DNA of 64,000 nt from Vicinamibacterales bacterium. GTDB taxonomy: Bacteria > Acidobacteriota > Vicinamibacteria > Vicinamibacterales > JAMQPK01. The stretch spans positions 7,467 to 71,466 of the forward strand of contig DASZHO010000062.1 in the NCBI GenBank assembly GCA_035937795.1, given 5' to 3'. Shown here in pieces: positions 46,501 through 54,073 of the stretch (within the stretch, counting starts at the first letter, position 1; the number at the start of each line of letters is the position of its first letter). The position numbers were made by a program, and so were the translations under genes. Below the pieces are notes generated by a model. It was not told the DNA's origin. It made no database searches and saw nothing but the letters and a program-made list of their open reading frames with translations.

Positions 46501-46991
46501 CCATTCTTGACCAGGAACGATTTCAGCAAGTTCCCCTTCGTATCCAGGCCCATCAGCTCCGCGGTGATCTTGGCGTTGGGTCCAGCGCCCAATACCTGGT
46601 ACTTGATCAGGTGCTCTCTCTCGCTGCACTCCTCGCCTTCTTCGTGTTCGCGATGCTCGGGTGGCAGCGCGCACATCGCGACCAACGGGGCCGAGGGGGC
46701 CGAGGTGCCGGCAGCCGCTCCGACTGCGCCCACTGCGCCAAACATGGCGACTGGCGGGAGGGCCGTGACATCAGCACTGCACGACCCGCCGGGGTCCTTC
46801 GTAGCAGCCGCTCCAAGCTCGGTCGCAATCGATCGCACGTCAGCGGGCACAACCGCCGCCGACGCCCCCGACGCCGCGATGCGGATTCCGCTCGCCGCGA
46901 CGATCGCCACGGCCGCAGCGGCCTGCACCATCGCTTGTGAGAAATGCGCCCAAGAAAGAGTTCGGCCCGCACGGAGAATGGGAACTCTCAT
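43521..46991 (-). CDS. Large secreted cysteine-rich protein of unknown function with acidic His-rich tandem repeats
   Basis: ATG 46991 is preceded by 'GGAG' ~8 nt upstream. The N-terminal hydrophobic stretch is 'AAAAVAIVAASGIRIAASGASAAV'. There are 31 Cys by my count, about half in the last ~330 aa. The repeats are 'EEHHDGRFGEKD / EEEHHDGRFGRGD / EEEHDDRRG'. I recognise no family motif. Confidence 0.6.
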   Translation of the reverse strand: MRVPILRAGRTLSWAHFSQAMVQAAAAVAIVAASGIRIAASGASAAVVPADVRSIATELGAAATKDPGGSCSADVTALPPVAMFGAVGAVGAAAGTSAPSAPLVAMCALPPEHREHEEGEECSEREHLIKYQVLGAGPNAKITAELMGLDTKGNLLKSFLVKNGDEARLASELSRHEWRFSYNQREHEYTVVAPVPLLHVTVEDQGQRAEAFCSTIPWVEVVQPQGAVVSASSTATNVLAAVPLTNPSSLHLYVDGGDLLTSVPNYLGCTPLSPCNGTATINGQPLSYTNLIVDIASNISSLSSNTVRVTLQDLSCGGHVFNVSAHELDLDKEEHHDGRFGEKDEEEHHDGRFGRGDEEEHDDRRGCFERLADKGTSSVFAISITDPVPGEITPIVPTPVAGQVCSGTQIVDVNINGKTLSVAGETHVAGNGTTTGDVYTVAINTTLDQTDLVRDVLQTHDAPLGTFDAGTNRLAVSAREIGGSRTYKNLIFATGAVAPIGIDPNARVFQSAAIQAAVNDQLKQLVQDQVQIAMDPASTDLQNAFIVGLSAAGTQTLFSNLCNKPLDDPTSPFNGMTPAQIFKKKITDGINSIGQQHIKPSVPCASDPDVTLSITNVSVGNNFACNTDFHDGFFHVTVGLPDIHVDVHAYGTGGDWGDTICVEGVKVEGDAFADVTGINLGFDVTENNLLTNTFSNSNFNAGATAASNGSVGVDFCGLSVLCNVVVTIFTFGAVDINPHIDFSTVQDFSTQIGASQPDPVKLKQIKVDEQVVANFDQKVSGAVTEVHISPAGITAGLKGTFATTVVDAGVAQTPGIILTPAPVPTMSAMQSQGAQDALIGLSDDAINMMFASLTAAGKLKAGDDQGCFDTGANVGSLLPADCDTLTVDNPPGLATAAARGYCHAIKADNCDTLTFTGNGFLTSTEQGVCHGALGDTCSTISPTGDLVKIGACLITPDLNLHASEPLLFCAKGDVPPRMLFPNTGTPGSLVPTALRLNDFTVALVIDRDGNHKVDGALAAVPGCFTPGVSNAVDCNVFSACLDLNLNFGMQFLNTCPGGKPGFKSVFDSVQILNRQIGVVCSGATSATSDGNVLNSASNDTITIPIATNAGQLSPDICGAGLDLGGFVTCAAPDILTIGAGVSPDLRDYIGITCKLQ
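45885..46001 (-). repeat. Coding 39-nt tandem repeat (two good copies plus one degenerate) encoding D(K/E)EEHHDGRFG(E/R)(K/G)
   Basis: Units 45924-45962 and 45963-46001 are near-identical ('...aacctccc(a/g)tcgtggtgctcttcttt/cgtc'). A degenerate copy lies at ~45885-45923. Confidence 0.8.
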
Positions 46992-47104
46992 GACGAATCT
47001 CCTTCGATTGGTTTGACGGTGCGCGCATGCGCCAGAAAAAACGCGTGTATCCTCCGATGCGCTAGCGCGAGTGTCAAGCGATAAACGACGACGGAATCGA
47101 TCCT

Positions 47105-47225
47105 CGAAAATCTTTTTGTGCAAACTTACGAAATTGTTTTGTGCTATTACAAAATCGTTTTGTACTATTCCGAACTTGCGTTTGTGCTATTACAAAATTG
47201 TTTGTGAAATTCTTTGTGAAAGCCG
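47105..47225. promoter_or_regulatory. AT-rich divergent intergenic island with phased TTTGTG hexamers and two TTTTGT-N6-ACAAAA palindromes (candidate operator/promoter array)
   Basis: TTTGTG occurs at 47115, 47138, 47181, 47201 and 47213, plus TTTGTA at 47159. The spacings are 23, 21, 22, 20 and 12 nt. Palindromes: 'TTTTGTgctattACAAAA' at 47137-47154 and 'TTTGTgctattACAAA' at 47181-47196. The island lies between divergent genes starting at 46991 (-) and 47412 (+). Confidence 0.5.
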
Positions 47226-47411
47226 ATCGCGCCTTTCATGTTGAGATTCTGCGACGACACCGGGTCACGATAGCCGACTGTCGTGACCGTTCTGCAGCGG
47301 CGGATGCAAGGCGATGTAAATTTTTTTCAAGCCGGAAAAATCTTGCGCGCGCTGAACGAGGCGCTGCTATTATCGGCGTCGCACAACGCGGATCGTGTTT
47401 GGAGGAGAGCC

Positions 47412-48452
47412 ATGGCAGCGATGCGTCATTCATGTGTCACGGTGATCGCGCTCGTGTTCGCAGCAACTGCCGCACACGCCCAAGGTGCGGCCGACAGGGC
47501 GGCAGCGGTCAACGGCAAACCAATCATGGCCGCCGACGTCGACGCAAAGCTTGGGAACAATCTGGCGAAGCTTCAGGAGCAAATGTTCAGCCTGCGCCAG
47601 CAACAACTCGACGCGATGATCGATCAGAGACTCCTCGAGGACGAAGCGGCCAGGAGAGCCGTCACGATCGCCGCGCTGGTCCAGTCCGAGATCACGTCGC
47701 GCCTGACCCCGGTCACCGGGGAGGAGGTCGCCAAGTTCTACGACGAGAACAAATCGAAGCTGCAGGGCGATCTCAAGAGCCTCGAGGAACAGATCAAGAA
47801 TTATCTGACCGCGCAGCGCGCTCAGACGCGGCAGCAGGAGTTCCTGAAGTCGCTCCGGGCGTCGGCCAAGATCGAGGTGTTCCTGACGCCGCCTCCAACG
47901 TTCCGATCGGAGGTGGCGACATCCGGTGCACCTGTCCGCGGTGCCGGCAACGCGCCCGTCACGATCGTGGAATTCTCGGACTTCCACTGTCCCTTCTGTC
48001 GCAAGGTCCAGCCCGTGCTCGACGAGCTGCGCGCGAAGTACGGAGACAAGGTCAAGCTCGTGTACCGCGACTTTCCCCTCGACAGCCTGCATTCCCAGGC
48101 ACGAGCGGCGGCAGAGGCGGCCCACTGCGCCATCGAGCAAGGGAAATTCTGGGAATTTCACGACAAGTTGTTCAAGAACGATCCCGACGCGTCGCCGGCC
48201 ACGCTGGACCGGTTGGCGCGAGAAGCCGGAATGGATGTCGGCGCTTTCGAAGCGTGCCGCTCGGCGGGCAAGTACAAGACCTCAGTCCAGGCGAGCGTTC
48301 AAGAGGGCTCGAAGCTCGGGATTACGGGTACGCCGACGTTTTTCATCAACGGCAGAACGGTCGTCGGCGCTCAGCCACTCGACGCGTTTACCCGGGTGAT
48401 CGATGAAGAGCTGGCGACAGCCGAACCGCGTCAGTCGGCCGGAAACCGCTGA
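47412..48452 (+). CDS. Periplasmic thiol:disulfide oxidoreductase, SurA-N-like chaperone domain + DsbA-type thioredoxin domain
   Basis: ATG 47412 is preceded by 'GGAGGAGAG'. The signal peptide is 'MAAMRHSCVTVIALVFAATAAHAQ'. 'FSDFHCPFCRKV' is the CxxC active site, followed by 'KLVYRDFPL'. Confidence 0.8.
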   Translation: MAAMRHSCVTVIALVFAATAAHAQGAADRAAAVNGKPIMAADVDAKLGNNLAKLQEQMFSLRQQQLDAMIDQRLLEDEAARRAVTIAALVQSEITSRLTPVTGEEVAKFYDENKSKLQGDLKSLEEQIKNYLTAQRAQTRQQEFLKSLRASAKIEVFLTPPPTFRSEVATSGAPVRGAGNAPVTIVEFSDFHCPFCRKVQPVLDELRAKYGDKVKLVYRDFPLDSLHSQARAAAEAAHCAIEQGKFWEFHDKLFKNDPDASPATLDRLAREAGMDVGAFEACRSAGKYKTSVQASVQEGSKLGITGTPTFFINGRTVVGAQPLDAFTRVIDEELATAEPRQSAGNR

Positions 48453-48469
48453 GACAGTCGACGTTGCGC

Positions 48470-49849
48470 ATGCGAACCATACTGATTGGCCTTGACTGCG
48501 CCGCTCCGGAGATTCTGTTCGGCGAGAGCCGGCTGACCAACCTGCGCCAGCTGATGTCGAGTGGATGCTACGGCCGCCTCGAAAGCGTGGTCCCGCCAAT
48601 CACCGTTCCGGCCTGGATGTGCATGGCCACCAGCCAGGATCCCGGCTCGCTCGGCGTGTACGGGTTTCGGAACCGTACGAGCTACTCATACGACGAACTC
48701 GGTGTTGTGACCTCGCAATCGATTACCGCCCCGGCGGTCTGGGATTATTTTGGGGAGAACGGCCAGGTGGTTGTGGTCGGCGTGCCCCCCGGATATCCGC
48801 CGCGGAAGGTGAACGGCGTCAGCATCGGGTGCTTTCTGACGCCGGATCCGGTGCGCTCCGAGTTCACGCATCCGGTAGATCTGAAGCGGACACTCTGCCA
48901 ACTCGTCGGGGACTACCCGGTCGACGTCAGCGGATTCCGGACCGGCGACAAGGTGTGGCTGAAAGATCAGATCTACGAGATGACGCGAAAGCACTTCCAG
49001 GTGATCCGGTATCTCATGGAGCGCGTCGATTGGCACTACTTCCAGTTCGTCGAAATCGGCCTCGATCGCATCCAGCACGGATTCTGGAAATTTCACGACC
49101 GCGAGCATCGGCAGTACGTGCCGGGTAACGCGTTCGAGAGCGTCGTGCGCGATTACTATGCGTACCTCGACGAAGAGATCGGCACAATTCTGAGGCTGAT
49201 CGACGACCAGGACACGGTGCTCGTGGTTTCGGATCACGGCGCGCAGCGGCTGGACGGGGGATTCTGCGTCAACGAATTCCTCCATCGCCAGGGCCTGCTC
49301 GCACTGAAGGAGCGTCCCGATCGGCCGGGGCCACTCAAGCCGTCGCAGATCGACTGGAGCCGGACGCAGGTGTGGAGCGAGGGCGGCTACTACGCGCGCG
49401 TATTCCTGAACGTCGAAGGCCGGGAGCCCGCAGGCATCGTGCCTCAGCGCTGGTACGAAGGGCTGCTCGAGGATGTGCGCGCGCGGCTGGAGGCGCTACC
49501 CGACGACCGGGGCGTCCCGATGCGCACTCGGGTCTTTCGGCCGCGGGACATCTATCGCCGGCAGAGCCGCATCCCGCCCGATCTGATCGCGCATTTCGGC
49601 CAATTGCACTGGCGGTCGATCGGAGGCGTCGGATACAACGAGCTCTACGTGCAGGAGAACGACACCGGACCCGACGATTGCAATCACGCTCAGTTCGGCG
49701 CGTTCATTCTGAGCGGCCCGCGCCTCGCGATCCGGGGGGAGGTTGAAGGCATGCACCTCCTGGATGTCGGACCTACGCTGCTCGACATGGCCGGCGGTAC
49801 GATCCCCGGGTCGATGCAGGGCCGGTCGCTCCTGCGACGGGACTCGTAA
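48470..49849 (+). CDS. Alkaline-phosphatase-superfamily enzyme (type I phosphodiesterase/nucleotide pyrophosphatase-like), distant paralog of 27941-29542
   Basis: 'ILIGLDCAAPEIL', 'PPITVPAWMCMATS', 'IGLDRIQHGFWKF' and 'VLVVSDHGAQ' are collinear with the cluster-encoded copy. The ORF track start is TTG 48464; the first ATG is 48470. Confidence 0.75.
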   Translation: MRTILIGLDCAAPEILFGESRLTNLRQLMSSGCYGRLESVVPPITVPAWMCMATSQDPGSLGVYGFRNRTSYSYDELGVVTSQSITAPAVWDYFGENGQVVVVGVPPGYPPRKVNGVSIGCFLTPDPVRSEFTHPVDLKRTLCQLVGDYPVDVSGFRTGDKVWLKDQIYEMTRKHFQVIRYLMERVDWHYFQFVEIGLDRIQHGFWKFHDREHRQYVPGNAFESVVRDYYAYLDEEIGTILRLIDDQDTVLVVSDHGAQRLDGGFCVNEFLHRQGLLALKERPDRPGPLKPSQIDWSRTQVWSEGGYYARVFLNVEGREPAGIVPQRWYEGLLEDVRARLEALPDDRGVPMRTRVFRPRDIYRRQSRIPPDLIAHFGQLHWRSIGGVGYNELYVQENDTGPDDCNHAQFGAFILSGPRLAIRGEVEGMHLLDVGPTLLDMAGGTIPGSMQGRSLLRRDS

Positions 49850-49975
49850 CCGGCTGCGTTGCCGCTCAAGGGGGCGGTCCGGCGAGTACCGAGGGGCACG
49901 GCGCCGATGTTTTGCGGTGCCGCGACAATCACGTGCAGCATCATGAGCAGACGCGTGTTCATGGGTTGGATCCGC

Positions 49976-50380
49976 TCATTCGCAGCGAATCCGCACCTGC
50001 GCGTCCCCGTCGACATCCACGGTGAGCTCACCGATGTCCTTGATCATCGCTTCGAGGTCCGTGTACGTCACCTTCGACAGGTCGAGCTCGTTACCATTGG
50101 CGAGCTGGATCTTCTTCTTGGCAAGCATGCCGGGGAACAACGAGCCGAGCCGCAGCCCGCCGCGAACGACGGTCATCGGCACGCGGATGTTCACGGCCTC
50201 GGCCTTCTTGCCCTCGCCGGCAGGCTTATTGACGAGAATGCGGAAATACCTCGGCTCCACCTTCTTCTCGTCCGCACTCTGATTTGGCGCGGTGAGGGCC
50301 TGAAGCAGTTGCTCTGCCTCCTGCACACTGACCTTGCCGTTCGACAACATCTCGAGCACCTTCCGTGTCTCTTCACTCAT
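49976..50380 (-). CDS. SHOCT-like / LiaX-N-terminal-like domain protein
   Basis: 'MSEETRKVLEMLSNGKVSVQEAEQLLQAL' is the short helical SHOCT-like motif. There is an ATGA overlap with the upstream DUF2089 gene (50377-50380). Confidence 0.55.
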   Translation of the reverse strand: MSEETRKVLEMLSNGKVSVQEAEQLLQALTAPNQSADEKKVEPRYFRILVNKPAGEGKKAEAVNIRVPMTVVRGGLRLGSLFPGMLAKKKIQLANGNELDLSKVTYTDLEAMIKDIGELTVDVDGDAQVRIRCE

Positions 50381-50784
50381 GGCGTCTCCTCACTTTTCTT
50401 TGAGTCTTTGAGCCGTTCGAGCGCCTGCGCCATCGTCAGCTCTCCCCGCGAAAGCCGATCGAGTACCTCGCTGCGCGTCTGCGGCGGCGCATCGGTTTCC
50501 GATCCCTGTTCGATCTCGACAAACGACAACTGGTTGCCGATCCTGTTCAGCCGGTTCTTGATCGTGGGATAGCTGACGCCGAAATACTTCTCCATCTGTT
50601 TGATGGATCCGTGGCAGCGCAAGAACGCCGCGACGAAGACCTGGTCTTCGGCCGTCAGTTGCGCCAGCGGCGGCAGCGTAAACGGTCCCTCGATCGCCAC
50701 GCCGGTTTCGATGAGGCGGACACGTTCGACTTCGATGGGGGCTTGCCCGACGAGCCTGGTGAGTTCTTGCCAATCATGTCCCAT
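50377..50784 (-). CDS. DUF2089-family HTH protein (variant lacking the N-terminal zinc-ribbon cysteines)
   Basis: 'FVAAFLRCHGSIKQMEKYFGVSYPTIKNRLNRIGNQL' matches the DUF2089 HTH core. The start is ATG 50784, or alternatively TTG 50802. Confidence 0.6.
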   Translation of the reverse strand: MGHDWQELTRLVGQAPIEVERVRLIETGVAIEGPFTLPPLAQLTAEDQVFVAAFLRCHGSIKQMEKYFGVSYPTIKNRLNRIGNQLSFVEIEQGSETDAPPQTRSEVLDRLSRGELTMAQALERLKDSKKSEETP

Positions 50785-50815
50785 AACAAAATATGGAGAC
50801 AAGATAGGCCATTCT

Positions 50816-50851
50816 ATTAATTATTTCAAGTGGACTCTTGATTTTATTAAT
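50816..50851. promoter_or_regulatory. AT-rich imperfect 36-bp palindrome upstream of the DUF2089 operon (candidate operator)
   Basis: The layout is ATTAAT (50816-50821) - 5 nt - CAAG (50827-50830) - tggact - CTTG (50837-50840) - 5 nt - ATTAAT (50846-50851), in a locally AT-rich stretch of a GC-rich genome. Confidence 0.3.
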
Positions 50852-50930
50852 CAATTCAGCCAAGTGCGGCGTGCTCAATATTTTACGGCTCTCCTCGGTT
50901 GCACAATGTGCACAGCGTCAATAGCGACGG

Positions 50931-51881
50931 CTAGCGTCCGAGCCGCAGCGAGTCGCCAAAGGGAAGCGTGCGGAAACGCGAACGCGGGATATTTCGCGCG
51001 CGACACGCCTCCTCGAGTGCACGGAGCGGTTCGTCGATGCCTTCGGTTGTCAGATGGAACGTGCCGAAATGCATGCCGACGCTCTCGGACGCCCCGAGAT
51101 CCAGGTGCGCCTGCACCGCCTCCGCTGGATTCATATGAACGGGCTGCATGAACCAGCGCGGCTCGTACGCGCCGATGGGCAGCAGCGCCAGATCGACCGG
51201 ATCGAACCGCCGCCCGATATCGCGGAAGAAGGGGGCATATGCGGTGTCGCCGGCGAAAAAGATGCGCGCGCCTCCGGCCACGAGCATGAATCCCCCCCAC
51301 AGCGCGCGGTTTCGATCGAACGGACTCCGCGCCGAGAAATGCTGCGCCGGCGTCAGTGTGACCGGCAGCGCGGAGGTCCTCGCCTGTTGCCACCAATCGA
51401 GTTCCTCCACACGACGGATGCCAGATGAGCGGACCAGCGCCCCGTTGCCGAACGGTGTGATGACGACAGGATCGAAACGTCGCGCGAGCGCGCGGAGCGT
51501 GCGCAGATCGCAATGGTCGTAATGGTTGTGACTCAGTAGCACGACCGAGATGGACGGCAGGTCGTCGAACTTCACAGCCGGCTGCCGGACCCGCCGAGGT
51601 CCGAGCACGTTCAGCGGACCGGCGCGCTGAGAGTACATGGGGTCGGTCAAGACATTCCCCGCCGCCGTCTGAATCAGAAACGTCGCGTGACCGATGAATG
51701 TGGCGACCGCGGCGGCGCCGTCCAGATCCGGCGGCCGCCGCGGCGGCTCGTCGATGCGCGCCGGCCAGGGCGTTCGCGGCTCGAGGAGCATCCGCGGCAC
51801 AGCCGAGAATGGCTGCCCGGCAGTGCCCGCCGGATTGACGAATCGCCTTCCGTCATAGTGATCGCTCGTCTCAAACGTCAT
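50931..51881 (-). CDS. MBL-fold metallo-hydrolase (Lactamase_B_2 / NAPE-PLD-like)
   Basis: 'VVLLSHNHYDHCD' (HxHxDH metal motif) and 'FIGHATFLIQ'. ATG 51881 verified. Confidence 0.8.
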   Translation of the reverse strand: MTFETSDHYDGRRFVNPAGTAGQPFSAVPRMLLEPRTPWPARIDEPPRRPPDLDGAAAVATFIGHATFLIQTAAGNVLTDPMYSQRAGPLNVLGPRRVRQPAVKFDDLPSISVVLLSHNHYDHCDLRTLRALARRFDPVVITPFGNGALVRSSGIRRVEELDWWQQARTSALPVTLTPAQHFSARSPFDRNRALWGGFMLVAGGARIFFAGDTAYAPFFRDIGRRFDPVDLALLPIGAYEPRWFMQPVHMNPAEAVQAHLDLGASESVGMHFGTFHLTTEGIDEPLRALEEACRARNIPRSRFRTLPFGDSLRLGR

Positions 51882-51940
51882 CCGGTGGTGATGTTAGTCA
51901 GGAGGCGGGCAAAACTCATCACGTGAATCACGCGATAACC

Positions 51941-52186
51941 TCAGGATATTTCATCCTCCTGGAACTTGAGGCTGCAGCGCTGAAGCCGCGGATCAATCCT
52001 GGCGGCAACCTCGGACCACAGCCTGATCTCCATGGTGAGCAGCGCGTCGACTTCGATGCGGGTCAGCTCCCAACCTTGTTCCCCAAGCTCCGCGAGCGTT
52101 CCCTTCGGCGAGCGAGTGAATTTGAACCGCAGCTCCTCATCCGTGAGCAGGCGGCCGATGACTCGTTCAATCGTTCGATGTGACAT
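51941..52186 (-). CDS. Small hypothetical protein (81 aa)
   Basis: The ORF has an ATG at 52186. 'IERVIGRLLTDEELRFKF...IDPRLQR' faintly recalls small NHLP/Nif11-like helical proteins, but I cannot verify this. Confidence 0.35.
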   Translation of the reverse strand: MSHRTIERVIGRLLTDEELRFKFTRSPKGTLAELGEQGWELTRIEVDALLTMEIRLWSEVAARIDPRLQRCSLKFQEDEIS

Positions 52187-52619
52187 GGCAGCAAACCTTT
52201 CTCTTCTTATGCGTCTTCGGCTCGTGAAACGGCGGCGTGGTTCCTCCGACGTTCACGCCAACGCGCAGCGGTGTAATGCCGAGACGAATATCCGTCCCGG
52301 CAACCTGACCGACGGCGGTGATAACCGTGACTGGTGGCGCCGCAAAGCCCTGTACGTCCGCCTGGAGCGAACAAGTGTCAACGGGCACGTTCAGAAAGCG
52401 GAACGCTCCGTGTTCATCCGAGACTTCCGTTCTCGTCGTTCCATCCTCGGCGCACGCCAGCGTCACTCGTGCGCCTTCGCCAGGAAATGTGCCTCCGCCG
52501 GCAGCCGTCAGCGTGACCGTGCCGGCAACCGTGGCGCCGGGAGCAACACCTGCGACGGCAGACACAGAGGCGGCTACCGTTATCACCCCCGCGACGAAGA
52601 CACCGAGCAGCGGCCTCAT
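52167..52619 (-). CDS. Secreted carboxypeptidase-regulatory-like (CarboxypepD_reg) domain protein
   Basis: ATG 52619 has 'GAGGGTG' upstream. The signal peptide is 'MRPLLGVFVAGVITVAASVSAVAG'. 'VAGTVTL...GARVTLACAEDGTTRTEVSDEHGAFRFLNVPVDTCSLQADVQGF' is the typical beta-sandwich signature. Confidence 0.6.
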   Translation of the reverse strand: MRPLLGVFVAGVITVAASVSAVAGVAPGATVAGTVTLTAAGGGTFPGEGARVTLACAEDGTTRTEVSDEHGAFRFLNVPVDTCSLQADVQGFAAPPVTVITAVGQVAGTDIRLGITPLRVGVNVGGTTPPFHEPKTHKKRKVCCHVTSND

Positions 52620-52650
52620 TTGACACCCTCTTTCACGTGACACCGCTCCT

Positions 52651-54045
52651 TCAAGCCGCCGCGGCCGACGGCGCCCGCAATTCCACCGGAGCGCCGAGCC
52701 GCACCAGCTGCGAGGCGGCCATGCCGTGCAGCGCGTTGCGCGTGTCAACGATGTTCCGGCAGTGATGCGCGATGAACTCGTAGTCGAACGCCCGGTGATC
52801 GGTGATGATGACGGCAATGTCGCACGCCTCCAGAGCCGTTTGATCGAGCGTGAGCGATGCCAGAGCGTGGGGCCCGCTCCATAGCTCCGCAGCCAGGAAC
52901 GGAACGTGAGGATCGCTGTAAGCCACGTCCGCACCCTTTTCGCGGAGCAGCTTCATGACATCGAGCGCGGGCGATTCCCGCACATCGTCTATGTCCCGTT
53001 TGTAGGCCACGCCGAGCACGAGCACGCGTGCGCCGTTCACGGCTTTTCGGTCGGCGTTCAACGTTTCGGCAATCTTCTCCACGACGTAGCGCGGCATGTG
53101 ACCGTTCACCTCACCAGCCAGCTCGATGAATCGCGCGTCGAAGCCGTTCTGCTTGGCCTTCCAGCTCAGATAGAACGGGTCGATGGGAATGCAATGACCG
53201 CCGAGCCCCGGTCCCGGATAGAACGGCATGAACCCGAACGGCTTGGTGGCCGCGGCGTCAACGACCTCCCACACGTCAATGCCCAGCGTGTCGCACATCA
53301 TCGCGATCTCGTTGACGAGGCCGATGTTGACCGCGCGAAATGTGTTCTCGAGCAGCTTCACCATCTCCGCCGCTTGCGTGGACCCGACGGTCACGACTCG
53401 CTCGATGGCGCGCTGGTAGAGCGCCGACGCGAGCGCGGCGCACGCCGCCGTCGTACCGCCCACCACCTTGGGCACGTTGGCGGTGTGAAACTGAGCATTA
53501 CCTGGATCAATGCGTTCGGGCGAAAAGGCCAGAAAAAAGTCGCGCCCGGCTTTGAGGCCCGTTGCTTCAAGCATCGGACGGACCAGCTCCTCGGTCGTCC
53601 CCGGATACGTCGTCGACTCCAGGATGACGAGCATGCCCGGATGCAGATATTTCACGACCTGCTCGACGGCGGCCACCATGTAGGAAACGTCCGGATCCCT
53701 GGTCTTACGGAGCGGCGTGGGAACGCAGATGTTGACCGTGTCGAGGCGCTGGAGCACGGCAAAGTCGCTCGTCGCATGCAGCCGATCCGTCGCGACCAAC
53801 TTGCCAAGTTGCGCATCCTGCACATCGGGGATGTAGGAGGTGCCTCTTTCGATCGCCTCGACTTTGCGCTCGTCGATGTCGAGGCCAACCACCGAATAAC
53901 CTGCGCGGGCCAACTCAACGGCCAGCGGCAAGCCGACATATCCAAGGCCGATCACCCCGGCGCGGATATCCGATTGCCTGATCCGTCGCAGCAGCTGAGC
54001 GGCGAGAGGATTCGTCAGCGTTGGAGGGTTCGTCAACGTGCTCAT
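52651..54045 (-). CDS. Nucleotide-sugar dehydrogenase (UDP-glucose/GDP-mannose dehydrogenase family; WecC/WbpA/Cap5O-like)
   Basis: 'RAGVIGLGYVGLPLAVELARAGYSVVGLD' is the NAD-binding fold. 'GLGGHCIPIDP' is the catalytic Cys region. ATG 54045 is preceded by 'AGGAG'. Confidence 0.85.
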   Translation of the reverse strand: MSTLTNPPTLTNPLAAQLLRRIRQSDIRAGVIGLGYVGLPLAVELARAGYSVVGLDIDERKVEAIERGTSYIPDVQDAQLGKLVATDRLHATSDFAVLQRLDTVNICVPTPLRKTRDPDVSYMVAAVEQVVKYLHPGMLVILESTTYPGTTEELVRPMLEATGLKAGRDFFLAFSPERIDPGNAQFHTANVPKVVGGTTAACAALASALYQRAIERVVTVGSTQAAEMVKLLENTFRAVNIGLVNEIAMMCDTLGIDVWEVVDAAATKPFGFMPFYPGPGLGGHCIPIDPFYLSWKAKQNGFDARFIELAGEVNGHMPRYVVEKIAETLNADRKAVNGARVLVLGVAYKRDIDDVRESPALDVMKLLREKGADVAYSDPHVPFLAAELWSGPHALASLTLDQTALEACDIAVIITDHRAFDYEFIAHHCRNIVDTRNALHGMAASQLVRLGAPVELRAPSAAAA

Positions 54046-54073
54046 CTGTTCTACTCCTGCGTGTGCCCGCTTC

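Noticed and set aside
47105-47225. AT-rich island as a remnant mobile element/MITE or small RNA gene
   Set aside because: There are no terminal inverted repeats flanking the island, no target-site duplication, no transposase or integrase nearby and no tRNA-like structure. Its position between divergent starts fits a promoter/operator region better. An sRNA cannot be excluded without transcript data.
47141-48406. 421-aa plus-strand ORF overlapping the DsbA-like gene in another frame
   Set aside because: Its translation is Arg-rich and lacks motifs. The alternative frame gives a clean signal peptide, a SurA-N-like domain and a CPFC thioredoxin fold, with a strong GGAGG upstream of ATG 47412.
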